A DNA stretch of 63,944 nt, the filler included. It is 4 parts of 4 records of this genome, joined end to end, with 100 filler letters (N's around TTAATTAATTAA, not from the genome) between each part and the next. Parts side by side here need not be neighbours in the genome. Positions count along the whole stretch, not along the records: positions 18,370 to 44,161 come from SRR20825019_348; 3 more parts are not named here. One strand, given 5' to 3'. Each line of letters opens with the position of its first letter. Within the stretch, counting starts at the first letter, position 1. Of this stretch, positions 24,366 to 33,775 are shown piece by piece. The notes below the pieces were generated by a model. It did no database searches. It saw nothing but the letters and a program-made list of their open reading frames with translations, and was not told the origin of the DNA. The position numbers and the translations under genes are program-made.

Positions 24366-25105
24366 TTTTGTATCCGCACCTGGTTTTGGGGTAATTGTTT
24401 AGAAAGATACATTAATATTTTTAAGGCAGAAACTGTATCGCCGTGTATGCAAAGGGTGTCCGCCTGAATATTTAAGGATTGGCCTTGCACCGATAACACT
24501 TCTCCCTTTTTGATGATGGGCAAAATATGTTCCAATACCGCTTCCGGGTCTTCAATTAGCGCATTTTTATCTTTTCTGGAGACCAGTGAAAGGTCGGAAT
24601 TGTAATTTCGGTCCGCAAAGGCTTCAAACCAAATTTTAAATCCACGCTCTTCTGCCATTCTTGCTATTATGGAATCAAAAGGAACATAAAGAATGGTCTT
24701 TTCTTTATAATCGGCAATGGCGTCCAAATATACTTTGGCCAAATTATCGTTCATTGCAGTCTGATTATACAATGCTCCGTGGGCTTTGATGTGATGCAGG
24801 CTGACTTCCGTCTTTTTCAATACTTCATCAAAAACCGACAATTGCTGCCTAATACTATGTATTAGATCTTGGTTGGAAATATCCATCACTTCCCTGCCAA
24901 AATTGGCTTTATCGGGGTATGATGGGTGCGCGCCCACTTTAAGTTGATGCTTTTTGGCCAGTGAAGCTACTCCCAACATGGTTTCCTTGTCACCAGCGTG
25001 GCCTCCACAAGCAATATTGCAAGAACTTATAAACGGGAAAATATTAGCCTCATTGTCCACACCCTCACCTACATCACAATTAATATCAATAGTGAATTTA
25101 TGCAT
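24362..25105 (-). CDS. pxpA: 5-oxoprolinase subunit A (LamB/YcsF)
   Basis: DINCDVGEG, NIACGGHAGD, GAHPSYPD, HIKAHGALYN, CIHGD. Confidence 0.93.
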   Translation of the reverse strand: MHKFTIDINCDVGEGVDNEANIFPFISSCNIACGGHAGDKETMLGVASLAKKHQLKVGAHPSYPDKANFGREVMDISNQDLIHSIRQQLSVFDEVLKKTEVSLHHIKAHGALYNQTAMNDNLAKVYLDAIADYKEKTILYVPFDSIIARMAEERGFKIWFEAFADRNYNSDLSLVSRKDKNALIEDPEAVLEHILPIIKKGEVLSVQGQSLNIQADTLCIHGDTVSALKILMYLSKQLPQNQVRIQK

Positions 25106-26308
25106 CTAAAACAGTCCGATTACTTTAAAAATACTTTTTGCGCCCAAAAATATCGTGAACAGCACAATGGCCGCACCAAATGCATTCTGGACCAGGGAAT
25201 TTTTGTTTTCGCCCATTACGGATTTCTTATTTACCACCCATAAAAGCAACAAGGCCATTACGGGGAGCAAAATGCCATTGGCGACTTGGGCAAACTGGAT
25301 GACCTCGATGGGTTTAATATCAAAGGAAAGAAATAGGACGCCGCACAAAAGCACAATGGCCCATACCATTTTAAACTTTTTATTCTGCATGCCACCTTCC
25401 CATCCAAAGCAACTACTGGCCACATAGGCTGCGGCCAAAGGAGCGGTAATGGCCGATGTGATTCCTGCCGCCAAAAGCCCGATGGCCATGAACAAAAACG
25501 CCATTTTTCCAAAAAGAGGCTCCAAGGCCTTGGCCATATCCAATGCATTGTTGATTTCTGATATTGGCGCTGCCGAAGCTGTGATCAGTATGGCCATGGA
25601 TACCAACCCTCCCAATCCAATGGAAACAATGGTGTCCCATTGCACTGCTTTTAGATCGGTTTTGGAATTCCATTTTTCCTTGACCAATGAAGCATGCAAG
25701 AAAAGGTTATAAGGCACCACCGTAGTTCCCACTAGGGCAACGACCGTAAGCAATCCATTTTCAGGCAACCTTGGAATGAACATTCCTTTGAATATTTCAG
25801 AAATCGATGGTTGAACCATAACGGCACAAATCACAAAACTGACCCCCATAACACCAACAAGTCCAACGAATATCTTTTCCAAAATCTTGTAGCTACTGAA
25901 CCATAGCAATAGAAATATGATGCTCCCGATAATGGTCGGCAAAAAGGGTCTCAGTTCCGGTTGGGGCAACAATTGTTCAAGTCCCAAAGTTGCACCTCCA
26001 ATATTACCGGCTTCGTAGGCTGCGTTGCCCACCAAAATAGCACCCAAAACAATGGCAATCACAAAATTTTTGACCCACCGGGTCTTAAGTTCTGTCCTAA
26101 CGACATCCACAAGACCGCTTTGGGTCACTAAGCCGATTCTGCCCGCCATGCCCTGCAATACGATGGTCGCCAATACAGATACGAGCAAGGCCCACAGCAG
26201 GGCGTATCCAAAGTTTGTTCCCGCCAAGGTACACATCGTAATGGTTCCAGGACCCACGAATGCTGCAGCTACCAACACTCCCGGACCTATTTTATTGAAC
26301 ATGGGCAC
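25106..26308 (-). CDS. NRAMP-family (YcsG-like) transporter
   Basis: GPGVLVAAAFVGPGTIT, GTTVVPYNLFLH; lacks the metal-binding DPGN motif; heads the pxp operon. Confidence 0.82.
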   Translation of the reverse strand: MPMFNKIGPGVLVAAAFVGPGTITMCTLAGTNFGYALLWALLVSVLATIVLQGMAGRIGLVTQSGLVDVVRTELKTRWVKNFVIAIVLGAILVGNAAYEAGNIGGATLGLEQLLPQPELRPFLPTIIGSIIFLLLWFSSYKILEKIFVGLVGVMGVSFVICAVMVQPSISEIFKGMFIPRLPENGLLTVVALVGTTVVPYNLFLHASLVKEKWNSKTDLKAVQWDTIVSIGLGGLVSMAILITASAAPISEINNALDMAKALEPLFGKMAFLFMAIGLLAAGITSAITAPLAAAYVASSCFGWEGGMQNKKFKMVWAIVLLCGVLFLSFDIKPIEVIQFAQVANGILLPVMALLLLWVVNKKSVMGENKNSLVQNAFGAAIVLFTIFLGAKSIFKVIGLF

Positions 26309-26480
26309 TATATTTAAAACGATGAATTTAAAAGATATCTTAACAAAAAATGCATTTCATCCAAAAAAAGGCAATTCGTATAAAAGTGGGGTGCCGTACG
26401 TCGAATTTTTATACTATTTCAAAAATCTCAAAGTTATAATAATCCCAAATCATACTTTGACATAAACTTGACTAAAACTA

Positions 26481-26924
26481 ATGAAATGTAAGGATTGCGG
26501 CAAAGATATTAGCCCCCAACAGTTTAAGGCCTCAAAAGAAGCTTTAGGTGTAGCGCTTTGCGAACGACATACACGACTTATCAAAAAGGTGATTCTAGAC
26601 AATGATACCCCAATTGATGCGGTCCATTTATTTTACGCCCTAAAAGATGCCGGTGTTCACCCCATGTTGGAATGGTGGGATGGTAAAAAATCAGTGGATA
26701 TTGCCATTTCCAGGGTCAAATTAAATATTGAAATCGACAGGAATTACAATATGATCACGCATGAGCAGGCCATAAACGACCTAGAGGATGCAATGCACTC
26801 CTTTAAAAACGGTTTTACCACCGTTAGAATTCCTCATCTTGCGGTTAAATATTATTTGGAAGAGACGGTAGAGAATATTTTAGGCATCATATCCGGACTT
26901 AAGGCAAATATCAAGGCGATTTAA
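26481..26924 (+). CDS. Zn-finger plus DUF559/Vsr-like nuclease-fold protein
   Basis: N-terminal CKDC...CERH; VDIAI..KLNIEID and GFTTVRIP. Confidence 0.55.
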   Translation: MKCKDCGKDISPQQFKASKEALGVALCERHTRLIKKVILDNDTPIDAVHLFYALKDAGVHPMLEWWDGKKSVDIAISRVKLNIEIDRNYNMITHEQAINDLEDAMHSFKNGFTTVRIPHLAVKYYLEETVENILGIISGLKANIKAI

Positions 26925-27331
26925 TTTGAAAAGTGCATGTTGCTCTTTTTTTCCACAGTCTTGTATTCAAGGATATTGATGACAATGGCGTACTCGCCGA
27001 TGTTCTCTAGATCATTGATGTAATTTTTTCCTCTATTTTCGAAGTAATCGGCATCTCCCTGATTCAGTTTGATCATGTCAATTTTACCATTTCCATAACG
27101 CGTGATTACAAGGCCTCCGGTGGTGCACACCCATCCATAATTGGTATTGTGCCTTCTAAAATCAAGCCTTTCGCCGGGTAAAAGTCTGAGGTCCCAAAGT
27201 TTAACGCTCTCGTTCTCGAATACCAATTGGTCCGTTAACGACTCTTTGATTTTTTGATGTAGCAACTCATCAATCTTCTCCTGCTCCCAAGGGTCAAAAT
27301 TGCCCATTGGGTTCAACTCCACACATTGCAT
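26921..27331 (-). CDS. Cupin-fold hypothetical protein
   Basis: VFENESVKLWDLRLLPGERL..RH, DLENIG; TATATTTG -7 box at 27358-27365 on the minus strand. Confidence 0.65.
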   Translation of the reverse strand: MQCVELNPMGNFDPWEQEKIDELLHQKIKESLTDQLVFENESVKLWDLRLLPGERLDFRRHNTNYGWVCTTGGLVITRYGNGKIDMIKLNQGDADYFENRGKNYINDLENIGEYAIVINILEYKTVEKKSNMHFSN

Positions 27332-27542
27332 TCCTGTACTTTCTTTTAAAAACGGCGCAAATATAGATTTTAAAATACTTAAAAACAGTAGATTAAGTAA
27401 TGTTTAACGTAATCCATGAACATTCGTCCAATTAAACCGATTTAATTGACAATTTGATCAATCACAGTAGATTAAATTATTTTTTTCTTATCGATTGCTT
27501 AGCGATTTTTATCTAATTTGGAGGCATCAACCATAACCGACC

Positions 27543-28970
27543 ATGAAAAAAATTCTCCTTGCCATTCTGGCTATCATTGTGATTCTTATCGCCGTACTGA
27601 CAATCAACACCTTTTCCCTTACATCAAAACAAGTTGCTTCGGAACCTTTGGAAGCAATGGATTTCCCTGAAGGTGCATTTCAAAATCTATCAAAAGCCAT
27701 ACAGTTCAGAACCATCTCCTTGAGTGAGGATGCCATCCCCGATTCTACTGCGTTCAACGGCTTTCATCAGTTCTTAAAAGAAACCTATCCTCTCCTGCAC
27801 CAGAACCTCGTTTTGGAGAAAATAAACGATTATAGCCTGCTCTACAAATGGGAAGGTTCCGACCCGTCACAAAAACCTATTGTATTGCTTTCCCATCAAG
27901 ATGTGGTTCCTGTGGACCAACCCACCCTATCCGAATGGGAGGCGGGACCATTCGAAGGGGCTATCACGGACACCCACATTATCGGTAGGGGCACTCTGGA
28001 TGACAAAAGCTCCTTGATGGCCCTTATGGAATCCGTAGAAATGTTGTTGAAAGAATCCTTTGTGCCAAAGCAAACCATTTATCTGGCGTTTGGACATGAT
28101 GAGGAACTTGGAGGTGGAAACGGCGCAAAGGCTATTGCAGCATACCTGAAAAATAAAGGCGTCCATACCGCCATGACCTTGGACGAAGGTGGGTTTTTAG
28201 CAGAAAATATGGTTCCCGATTTTGACAAGACCGTCGCTATGGTCAATTTGGCGGAAAAAGGCTATGCTTCATTTCAACTTATTGTAAAAACCAGCGGGGG
28301 CCATAGTTCGGCACCGCCGGAAAACAACACCCTTGGCATGCTGGCCCAGGCCATTGTGGATTTAGAGAACAATCAGCGTCCCTATAAACTGGTAAAGCCC
28401 ATCGATTATCAATTCGAATATATGGGTGCCGAAATGCCCTTTTTCAAAAAAATGGCATTTGCCAACCCATGGCTTTTCAAAGGCCCTGTCCTAAAGGCTT
28501 TGAACGCACATACCACTACGTCGCCCACCATAATAGAAGGCGGGGTCAAGGACAATGTGATTCCCACGGTGGGCAAAGCCACTATTAATTTTAGGATATT
28601 GCCCGGTGAGACCATTGAATCGGTTAAGGAACATATCAAAAAAACCGTTGGGGATGGAATCGAGGTTGAACTGAATGGCTTTGCCACAAACCCTTCCCCT
28701 GTTTCCGGAATAGATTCCGATGCCTTCAAAAACCTTGAAAAAACCATACGCTCCGTGTTTCCCGAAGCCGTTGTGGTGCCGGGCCTGATAGGTGGCGGTA
28801 CGGATGCCAGATACTTTTATGATGTATCCGATGATGTGTACAGGTTCTACCCTATTCGAATAGGTCCGGACAGTATGACAAGATTCCATGGGATCGATGA
28901 AAAAATTGCGAAAGATAACTATAAGGAAATGATTGTTTTTACCTACAACTTGATCAAAAGGTTCGATTAA
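27543..28970 (+). CDS. M20 family peptidase/amidohydrolase (carboxypeptidase S/PM20D1-like)
   Basis: SHQDVVP, GRGTLDDK, GHDEE, GGHSS, GGTDAR, FHGIDE; N-terminal anchor. Confidence 0.9.
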   Translation: MKKILLAILAIIVILIAVLTINTFSLTSKQVASEPLEAMDFPEGAFQNLSKAIQFRTISLSEDAIPDSTAFNGFHQFLKETYPLLHQNLVLEKINDYSLLYKWEGSDPSQKPIVLLSHQDVVPVDQPTLSEWEAGPFEGAITDTHIIGRGTLDDKSSLMALMESVEMLLKESFVPKQTIYLAFGHDEELGGGNGAKAIAAYLKNKGVHTAMTLDEGGFLAENMVPDFDKTVAMVNLAEKGYASFQLIVKTSGGHSSAPPENNTLGMLAQAIVDLENNQRPYKLVKPIDYQFEYMGAEMPFFKKMAFANPWLFKGPVLKALNAHTTTSPTIIEGGVKDNVIPTVGKATINFRILPGETIESVKEHIKKTVGDGIEVELNGFATNPSPVSGIDSDAFKNLEKTIRSVFPEAVVVPGLIGGGTDARYFYDVSDDVYRFYPIRIGPDSMTRFHGIDEKIAKDNYKEMIVFTYNLIKRFD

Positions 28971-28984
28971 AATCAAATTTACAT

Positions 28985-29524
28985 ATGAAAAACATTGGAA
29001 TCGTTATTACTTTGATGCTTACACTAAGTGTTGCAATTGCTAATGCGGGTAACCCTAAAAACGATACAAACGGTAAAATTGAAACTCCAAATGATTCGTT
29101 AAGACTAGCAGAACTAAATAATTTTTGGGCCGAGGTTTCGAGAACTGTAAATGAGGGGGACTTTGAAGGCTATAAAGCTACCTACCATGAAGATGCGGTT
29201 GTTGTATTTACAACTGGTGAAAACAAAGGATCCGTACCTATTGCAAAGGCGCTACTAAATTGGAAGCAAGGTTTCACAGACACCAAGACAGGAAAAACAC
29301 AGAATAGTGTGGAATTCCGTTTTTCACAGCGAATAGGTGACGAAACTACCGCACATGAAACAGGAATTTTTGCTTACCAATCCAACAATGGGACTGGTAA
29401 CGCCAATCAAAAACAATTCGTACATTTTGATGCCCTACTGATAAAACGCAATAAAGCTTGGTTGTTGGTAATGGAATATCAAAAATCCAAAGCAACTGAA
29501 GAAGAGTGGAACTTATTGGAATAA
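28985..29524 (+). CDS. Secreted NTF2-like (DUF4440) protein
   Basis: Signal peptide; GDFEGYKATYHEDAV, FSQRIGDETTAHETGIF. Confidence 0.7.
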   Translation: MKNIGIVITLMLTLSVAIANAGNPKNDTNGKIETPNDSLRLAELNNFWAEVSRTVNEGDFEGYKATYHEDAVVVFTTGENKGSVPIAKALLNWKQGFTDTKTGKTQNSVEFRFSQRIGDETTAHETGIFAYQSNNGTGNANQKQFVHFDALLIKRNKAWLLVMEYQKSKATEEEWNLLE

Positions 29525-29666
29525 TCTTGCAATCCTTACTAAAAAACAACATACGTTTTAAGATATAAGATTGTACAACAAACTTCGGAATACCATACCA
29601 TGGCACATGTAAGTTTGTGAAGCGGAAAAACTATTCGAAGTGGTTAATAAGGTAAAGTATCCTTTA

Positions 29667-31202
29667 TCACCCCAACCAGCCTTCTCTGTCCAGACTCCGG
29701 TACTGAATGGCTTCCGATATATGGTTTTCCACTACCCCTTCAATACCCTCTAAATCTGCAATGGTACGTGCCACTTTCAAAATTCTGTCGTAAGCTCTGG
29801 CCGACAAATTCAGTCGTTGCATCGCTTCTTTCAAGAGATATTTAGAGGATTCGTTGAGTTTACAGAACTCCCTAATATGCTTAGTACCCATTTGGGCATT
29901 GTAATGAATTCCTTCAATCTTTTTGAATCTTCGGGTCTGTAACTGGCGTGCCGCCTCTACTTGTTCCCTGATAATGGCACTGCTCTCCCCTTTTCGTTCC
30001 TCGGACAATTTATCAAAAGGGACCGGGGTCACTTCAATGTGGATATCGATCCTATCCAATAATGGTCCGGATATCTTGCCCAAATAACGTTGCATTTCAG
30101 CCGGTGAGGAAGTGACCGGCGCATCTGGGTCGTTAAAATAGCCCCCTGGGCTCGGGTTCATACTGGCCACCAGCATAAAACTGCTAGGGTATGTTACCGT
30201 AAACTGGGCCCTGGCTATAGTAACCTCTCTATCCTCTATCGGTTGTCGCATAACTTCGAGCACACGGCGTTCAAACTCGGGCAGTTCGTCCAAGAACAGA
30301 ACACCGTTATGTGCCAACGAAATCTCGCCTGGCTGCGGATAACTGCCTCCTCCTACCAAGGCAGCGCTGCTAATGGTATGGTGAGGGCTTCTAAACGGTC
30401 TTTGGCTCATCAACCCCCTATTCTTTACCTTTCCGACAACACTGTGGATTTTGGTAGTTTCCAGTGCTTCGTGAAGTGTCATTGGAGGCAGAATGGAAGG
30501 CAACCTTTTGGCCAGCATGGTCTTTCCCGCACCCGGTGGACCTATCAAGATGACGTTGTGGCCTCCGGCAGCAGCAATTTCCATACATCTTTTAATACTC
30601 TCCTGCCCTTTTACATCTGAAAAATCAAACTCGGGAAAGCTCAGGTGTTCATAAAATTCCTGTCGGGTATCCACCACCGTTTGTTCCAAAGGTGCATCGG
30701 TATCAAAAAAGTCGATTACCTCTTTTATGTTCTCGACCCCATATACTTTCAGTCCATTTACCACCGCTGCTTCATTCGCGTTTTCTTTGGGCAGTATAAA
30801 CCCCTCAAAACCTTCCTCTTTTGCTTTGATGGCAATGGGCAAAGCGCCTTTTATCGGTTGCAGGCTCCCATCCAAAGACAGCTCCCCCATAATTAAATAC
30901 TTGTCGATATTTTCGGAACGAATCTGATTGGATGCGGTTAAAATACCGATGGCCAGTGTCAAATCATAGGCAGAACCTTCCTTTCTTAGGTCGGCAGGTG
31001 CCATATTGATGGTGATTTTTTTTCCGGGAATGCGATACCCGTTATTCTGAAGAGCCGCAGCTATCCTAAAATTGCTTTCTTTAATGGCGTTATCCGGCAA
31101 TCCAACCAAATGATAACCAATACCCTTATCTATATTGACCTCTACAACAATTGTTGTTGCTTCGATTCCAAAAACGGCACTTCCGTAAACTTTTATAAGC
31201 AT
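29667..31202 (-). CDS. comM: YifB/ComM Mg-chelatase-like AAA+ ATPase
   Basis: VGLPD, INMAPADLRKEGSAYDL, GPPGAGKT, FRSPHH, GEISLAHNGVLFLDE. Confidence 0.92.
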   Translation of the reverse strand: MLIKVYGSAVFGIEATTIVVEVNIDKGIGYHLVGLPDNAIKESNFRIAAALQNNGYRIPGKKITINMAPADLRKEGSAYDLTLAIGILTASNQIRSENIDKYLIMGELSLDGSLQPIKGALPIAIKAKEEGFEGFILPKENANEAAVVNGLKVYGVENIKEVIDFFDTDAPLEQTVVDTRQEFYEHLSFPEFDFSDVKGQESIKRCMEIAAAGGHNVILIGPPGAGKTMLAKRLPSILPPMTLHEALETTKIHSVVGKVKNRGLMSQRPFRSPHHTISSAALVGGGSYPQPGEISLAHNGVLFLDELPEFERRVLEVMRQPIEDREVTIARAQFTVTYPSSFMLVASMNPSPGGYFNDPDAPVTSSPAEMQRYLGKISGPLLDRIDIHIEVTPVPFDKLSEERKGESSAIIREQVEAARQLQTRRFKKIEGIHYNAQMGTKHIREFCKLNESSKYLLKEAMQRLNLSARAYDRILKVARTIADLEGIEGVVENHISEAIQYRSLDREGWLG

Positions 31203-31265
31203 ATAACCTTTCTAATTGAAAAAGGCTAAGAAAATAGCCAATCTCCAATCAAAAAAATCAATGGT

Positions 31266-31315
31266 TTGACGATACCCTTATTTGAATTGACGAATGCCCC
31301 TTTTGAATTAACGAA
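31266..31315 (-). promoter_or_regulatory. Three direct repeats with 21-bp period (LytTR-like operator candidate)
   Basis: TTGACGAT at 31266, TTGACGAA at 31287, TTAACGAA at 31308. Confidence 0.55.
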
Positions 31316-33695
31316 AGATCAAAACAGATGCAGCAGTTTCTTCAATTTCCTTCTTGTTCATCATCATTTTACGGAACTCTCCGTTGACATACATCTGTGC
31401 TTGATCATCGTAATGTTTGCTCAGGGGGTTACCGGATTGCCCGGTCGGCAAAATACTGATGCTGTTCTCGATATCGGAGAAATCTATGATTCTACGGGTC
31501 GAAGGTCCTGAATTCACCTTATAGAAACCGGTGCTGTCGTAAGGAAAAGCAAGATTGTTTATTACCTCACGTGTACCTTCTACAGGGAATGGCCCCACAT
31601 TGAAGTATTTTCTCAAGGATGCCACTTGGCCAAAGGGGTGCCCATGTTCCAAAGTATGTACCTTGTCCCAAGTCCACTGGCTAGTATCCTCTCCAAAGTC
31701 TTTAATCAATGATTCCCATGTCTGAGCGAACGACATCAACACGATATCCTGCCTTGTTTCCACTACATCTGGAGTGTTGACGTTGTCCCACCATTTTCCG
31801 GATTTCATACTGGAGCCCCAAGCTATCTGTCTCTTAAATAGATGTGTGGACAAGAATTGTTTGAACATTTCTGGGCCCAATTCGTCTTCCATGGTATTCT
31901 TTACCATAAAATATAGTGTCCTGTGATATATCACCGGGCTAATGGATTTGAGCCTATATTCCCCATTCCAATTTTTCATGGAGTCCAAAAGCACCAATTG
32001 TTCATTGTTCAAATTTGAAACATCGAACAATTTAATCAACTCGGTGACCACATCCGTGTTCACTGGAGAGGTAACATCCAATATCATCTCAGAAATGGAT
32101 TCCCTGTCCCAATCATCTTTAGCGTCCAATAACTGCACAATCCGCTTGGCACGGTTTTCAGGCAAATAATAACCAGGATAGAGCATCCCTGCAATGGAGT
32201 CGGGCTGGTTATTGGCAGAATACACATAGTTCCATGGTGGATTCTCGGCCATGGGATTCTCTGAAAAGTCCAAATAGCGCAATGGCTCTTCTTTGCCTGA
32301 TGTGCCATCCAAAATAAACTTGGTGGACAGAATGTCCGGCATCTCGTAAAGCTTGGCGGTGGCCCACCATGCCACATTTCCTTGGGCATCACCATACATT
32401 ACATTGAGTCCCGGTGCATGAATATTGGGCAAAGCGTTTTTAAACTCTTTCATATTGCTTGCATGGCTCAATCCGTATAAGGCATGCATCACCATATTCT
32501 TGGGTTTGGTATATATCCAAGACATGGCAACTGGTTTTTCCTCCGAAATTTGGTCAGCTATATTGTTTAAGACAGGCCCGTGATGTGTTTTCTTGTAAGT
32601 AAACGATACATCCTCACCATCTTTTACTTTGATGGTTTTATTTACAAATTCATAGTCCTTCCATCCTTCTGCTGTTTTGTATTTGGTACTATCGGATGGG
32701 TGGGTTTCTTCATAATAAAAATCGATGTCGTCGTTCTCGAACATGGTGAGTCCGTACGCCAGATTTCTGTTGTGTCCCAATAAAGGAAATGGAACTCCTG
32801 CCAAATGATACCCGTACTTTTCATAGGTTGGGGTACTTATGTGGGCCTCATACCAAACCGAAGGTTGTGCAAACCCAATGTGAGGGTCGTTGGCCAAAAT
32901 CACCTTTCCATTTTTAGTTTTTTGCGGAGCAATCACCCAACTGTTGCTTCCTTCGAATTGCGGAATGGGTAGCTTGCTTAAGGCTGTATTCACACTTGCG
33001 GTAATATTTGTACCGAGAGTATCGGTAACTTCTCCTTTAAAATTTTTAATCCATACAGTAGAGGTATCCGAACTTATGGCCAAGTCCTTCATGTACTCGT
33101 CCCCCAATTTGTTGCGCATACTTGTCAACAAAGGGTCTGTTTTGTGGGCCATGGCAAAACTGAATGCCATATATCCCACCGCATTGTACACATCTTCAAT
33201 GGTAAAGGGCTCCTTATCGATGCCGGTCAAATAAAACTCTATGGGAGTCGGTCCCTGTTTTAGAAATTCATTGACTCCATCCAGATAGGCTTCGGCGAGC
33301 ACAATGGTTTCACTATCGGTAGCAAGACTAGCAACAGTTTCTTTTGTGTGATCGGCAATGCCCAGAGAGAGAAAAAACTTGTCAGTTCCAATCATATCCT
33401 TCCCAAAAACCTCAGAAAGTCTTCCTTTGGCCACCCTTCGCAACAACTCCATTTGCCATAATCTGTCCTGAGCATGAACATAACCCAATGCCTTCAATGC
33501 ATCAGCCTCGTTCTCGGCATAAATATGAGGAATTCCATAGGAGTCAAAATAAGTGGTTACCTCATTGGAAATACCTGGCAGTTTTTTTTCACCGCTATAG
33601 TCTGGTTTTAGGGAATTTAAGAATATAGCAATACCTATAATTACAAGTAGAAGGAATCCTGCAAGAACAAGAAGAATCTTTTTGTACGTTTTCAC
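31308..33695 (-). CDS. Penicillin acylase family Ntn hydrolase (peptidase S45)
   Basis: GIPHIYA, GYVHAQDRLWQME, nucleophile GSNSW, ILANDPH, GQSGNPLSKHYDDQ. Confidence 0.92.
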   Translation of the reverse strand: MKTYKKILLVLAGFLLLVIIGIAIFLNSLKPDYSGEKKLPGISNEVTTYFDSYGIPHIYAENEADALKALGYVHAQDRLWQMELLRRVAKGRLSEVFGKDMIGTDKFFLSLGIADHTKETVASLATDSETIVLAEAYLDGVNEFLKQGPTPIEFYLTGIDKEPFTIEDVYNAVGYMAFSFAMAHKTDPLLTSMRNKLGDEYMKDLAISSDTSTVWIKNFKGEVTDTLGTNITASVNTALSKLPIPQFEGSNSWVIAPQKTKNGKVILANDPHIGFAQPSVWYEAHISTPTYEKYGYHLAGVPFPLLGHNRNLAYGLTMFENDDIDFYYEETHPSDSTKYKTAEGWKDYEFVNKTIKVKDGEDVSFTYKKTHHGPVLNNIADQISEEKPVAMSWIYTKPKNMVMHALYGLSHASNMKEFKNALPNIHAPGLNVMYGDAQGNVAWWATAKLYEMPDILSTKFILDGTSGKEEPLRYLDFSENPMAENPPWNYVYSANNQPDSIAGMLYPGYYLPENRAKRIVQLLDAKDDWDRESISEMILDVTSPVNTDVVTELIKLFDVSNLNNEQLVLLDSMKNWNGEYRLKSISPVIYHRTLYFMVKNTMEDELGPEMFKQFLSTHLFKRQIAWGSSMKSGKWWDNVNTPDVVETRQDIVLMSFAQTWESLIKDFGEDTSQWTWDKVHTLEHGHPFGQVASLRKYFNVGPFPVEGTREVINNLAFPYDSTGFYKVNSGPSTRRIIDFSDIENSISILPTGQSGNPLSKHYDDQAQMYVNGEFRKMMMNKKEIEETAASVLIFR

Positions 33696-33775
33696 GAAGA
33701 TGGGTTAAGTCAATTAGTACTCTAAGGTATAATTAATTTCTTAGATGACTTTAATAAAATATTGACAAATATCAA

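Noticed and set aside
29525-31202. Island integrated in comM
   Set aside because: comM is intact (511 aa) and no integrase or att repeats are visible.
31266-31315. Mini CRISPR array or integron attC site
   Set aside because: Units are only 21 bp and degenerate, with no spacers, cas genes or integrase; the 81-aa ORF over it is likely spurious.
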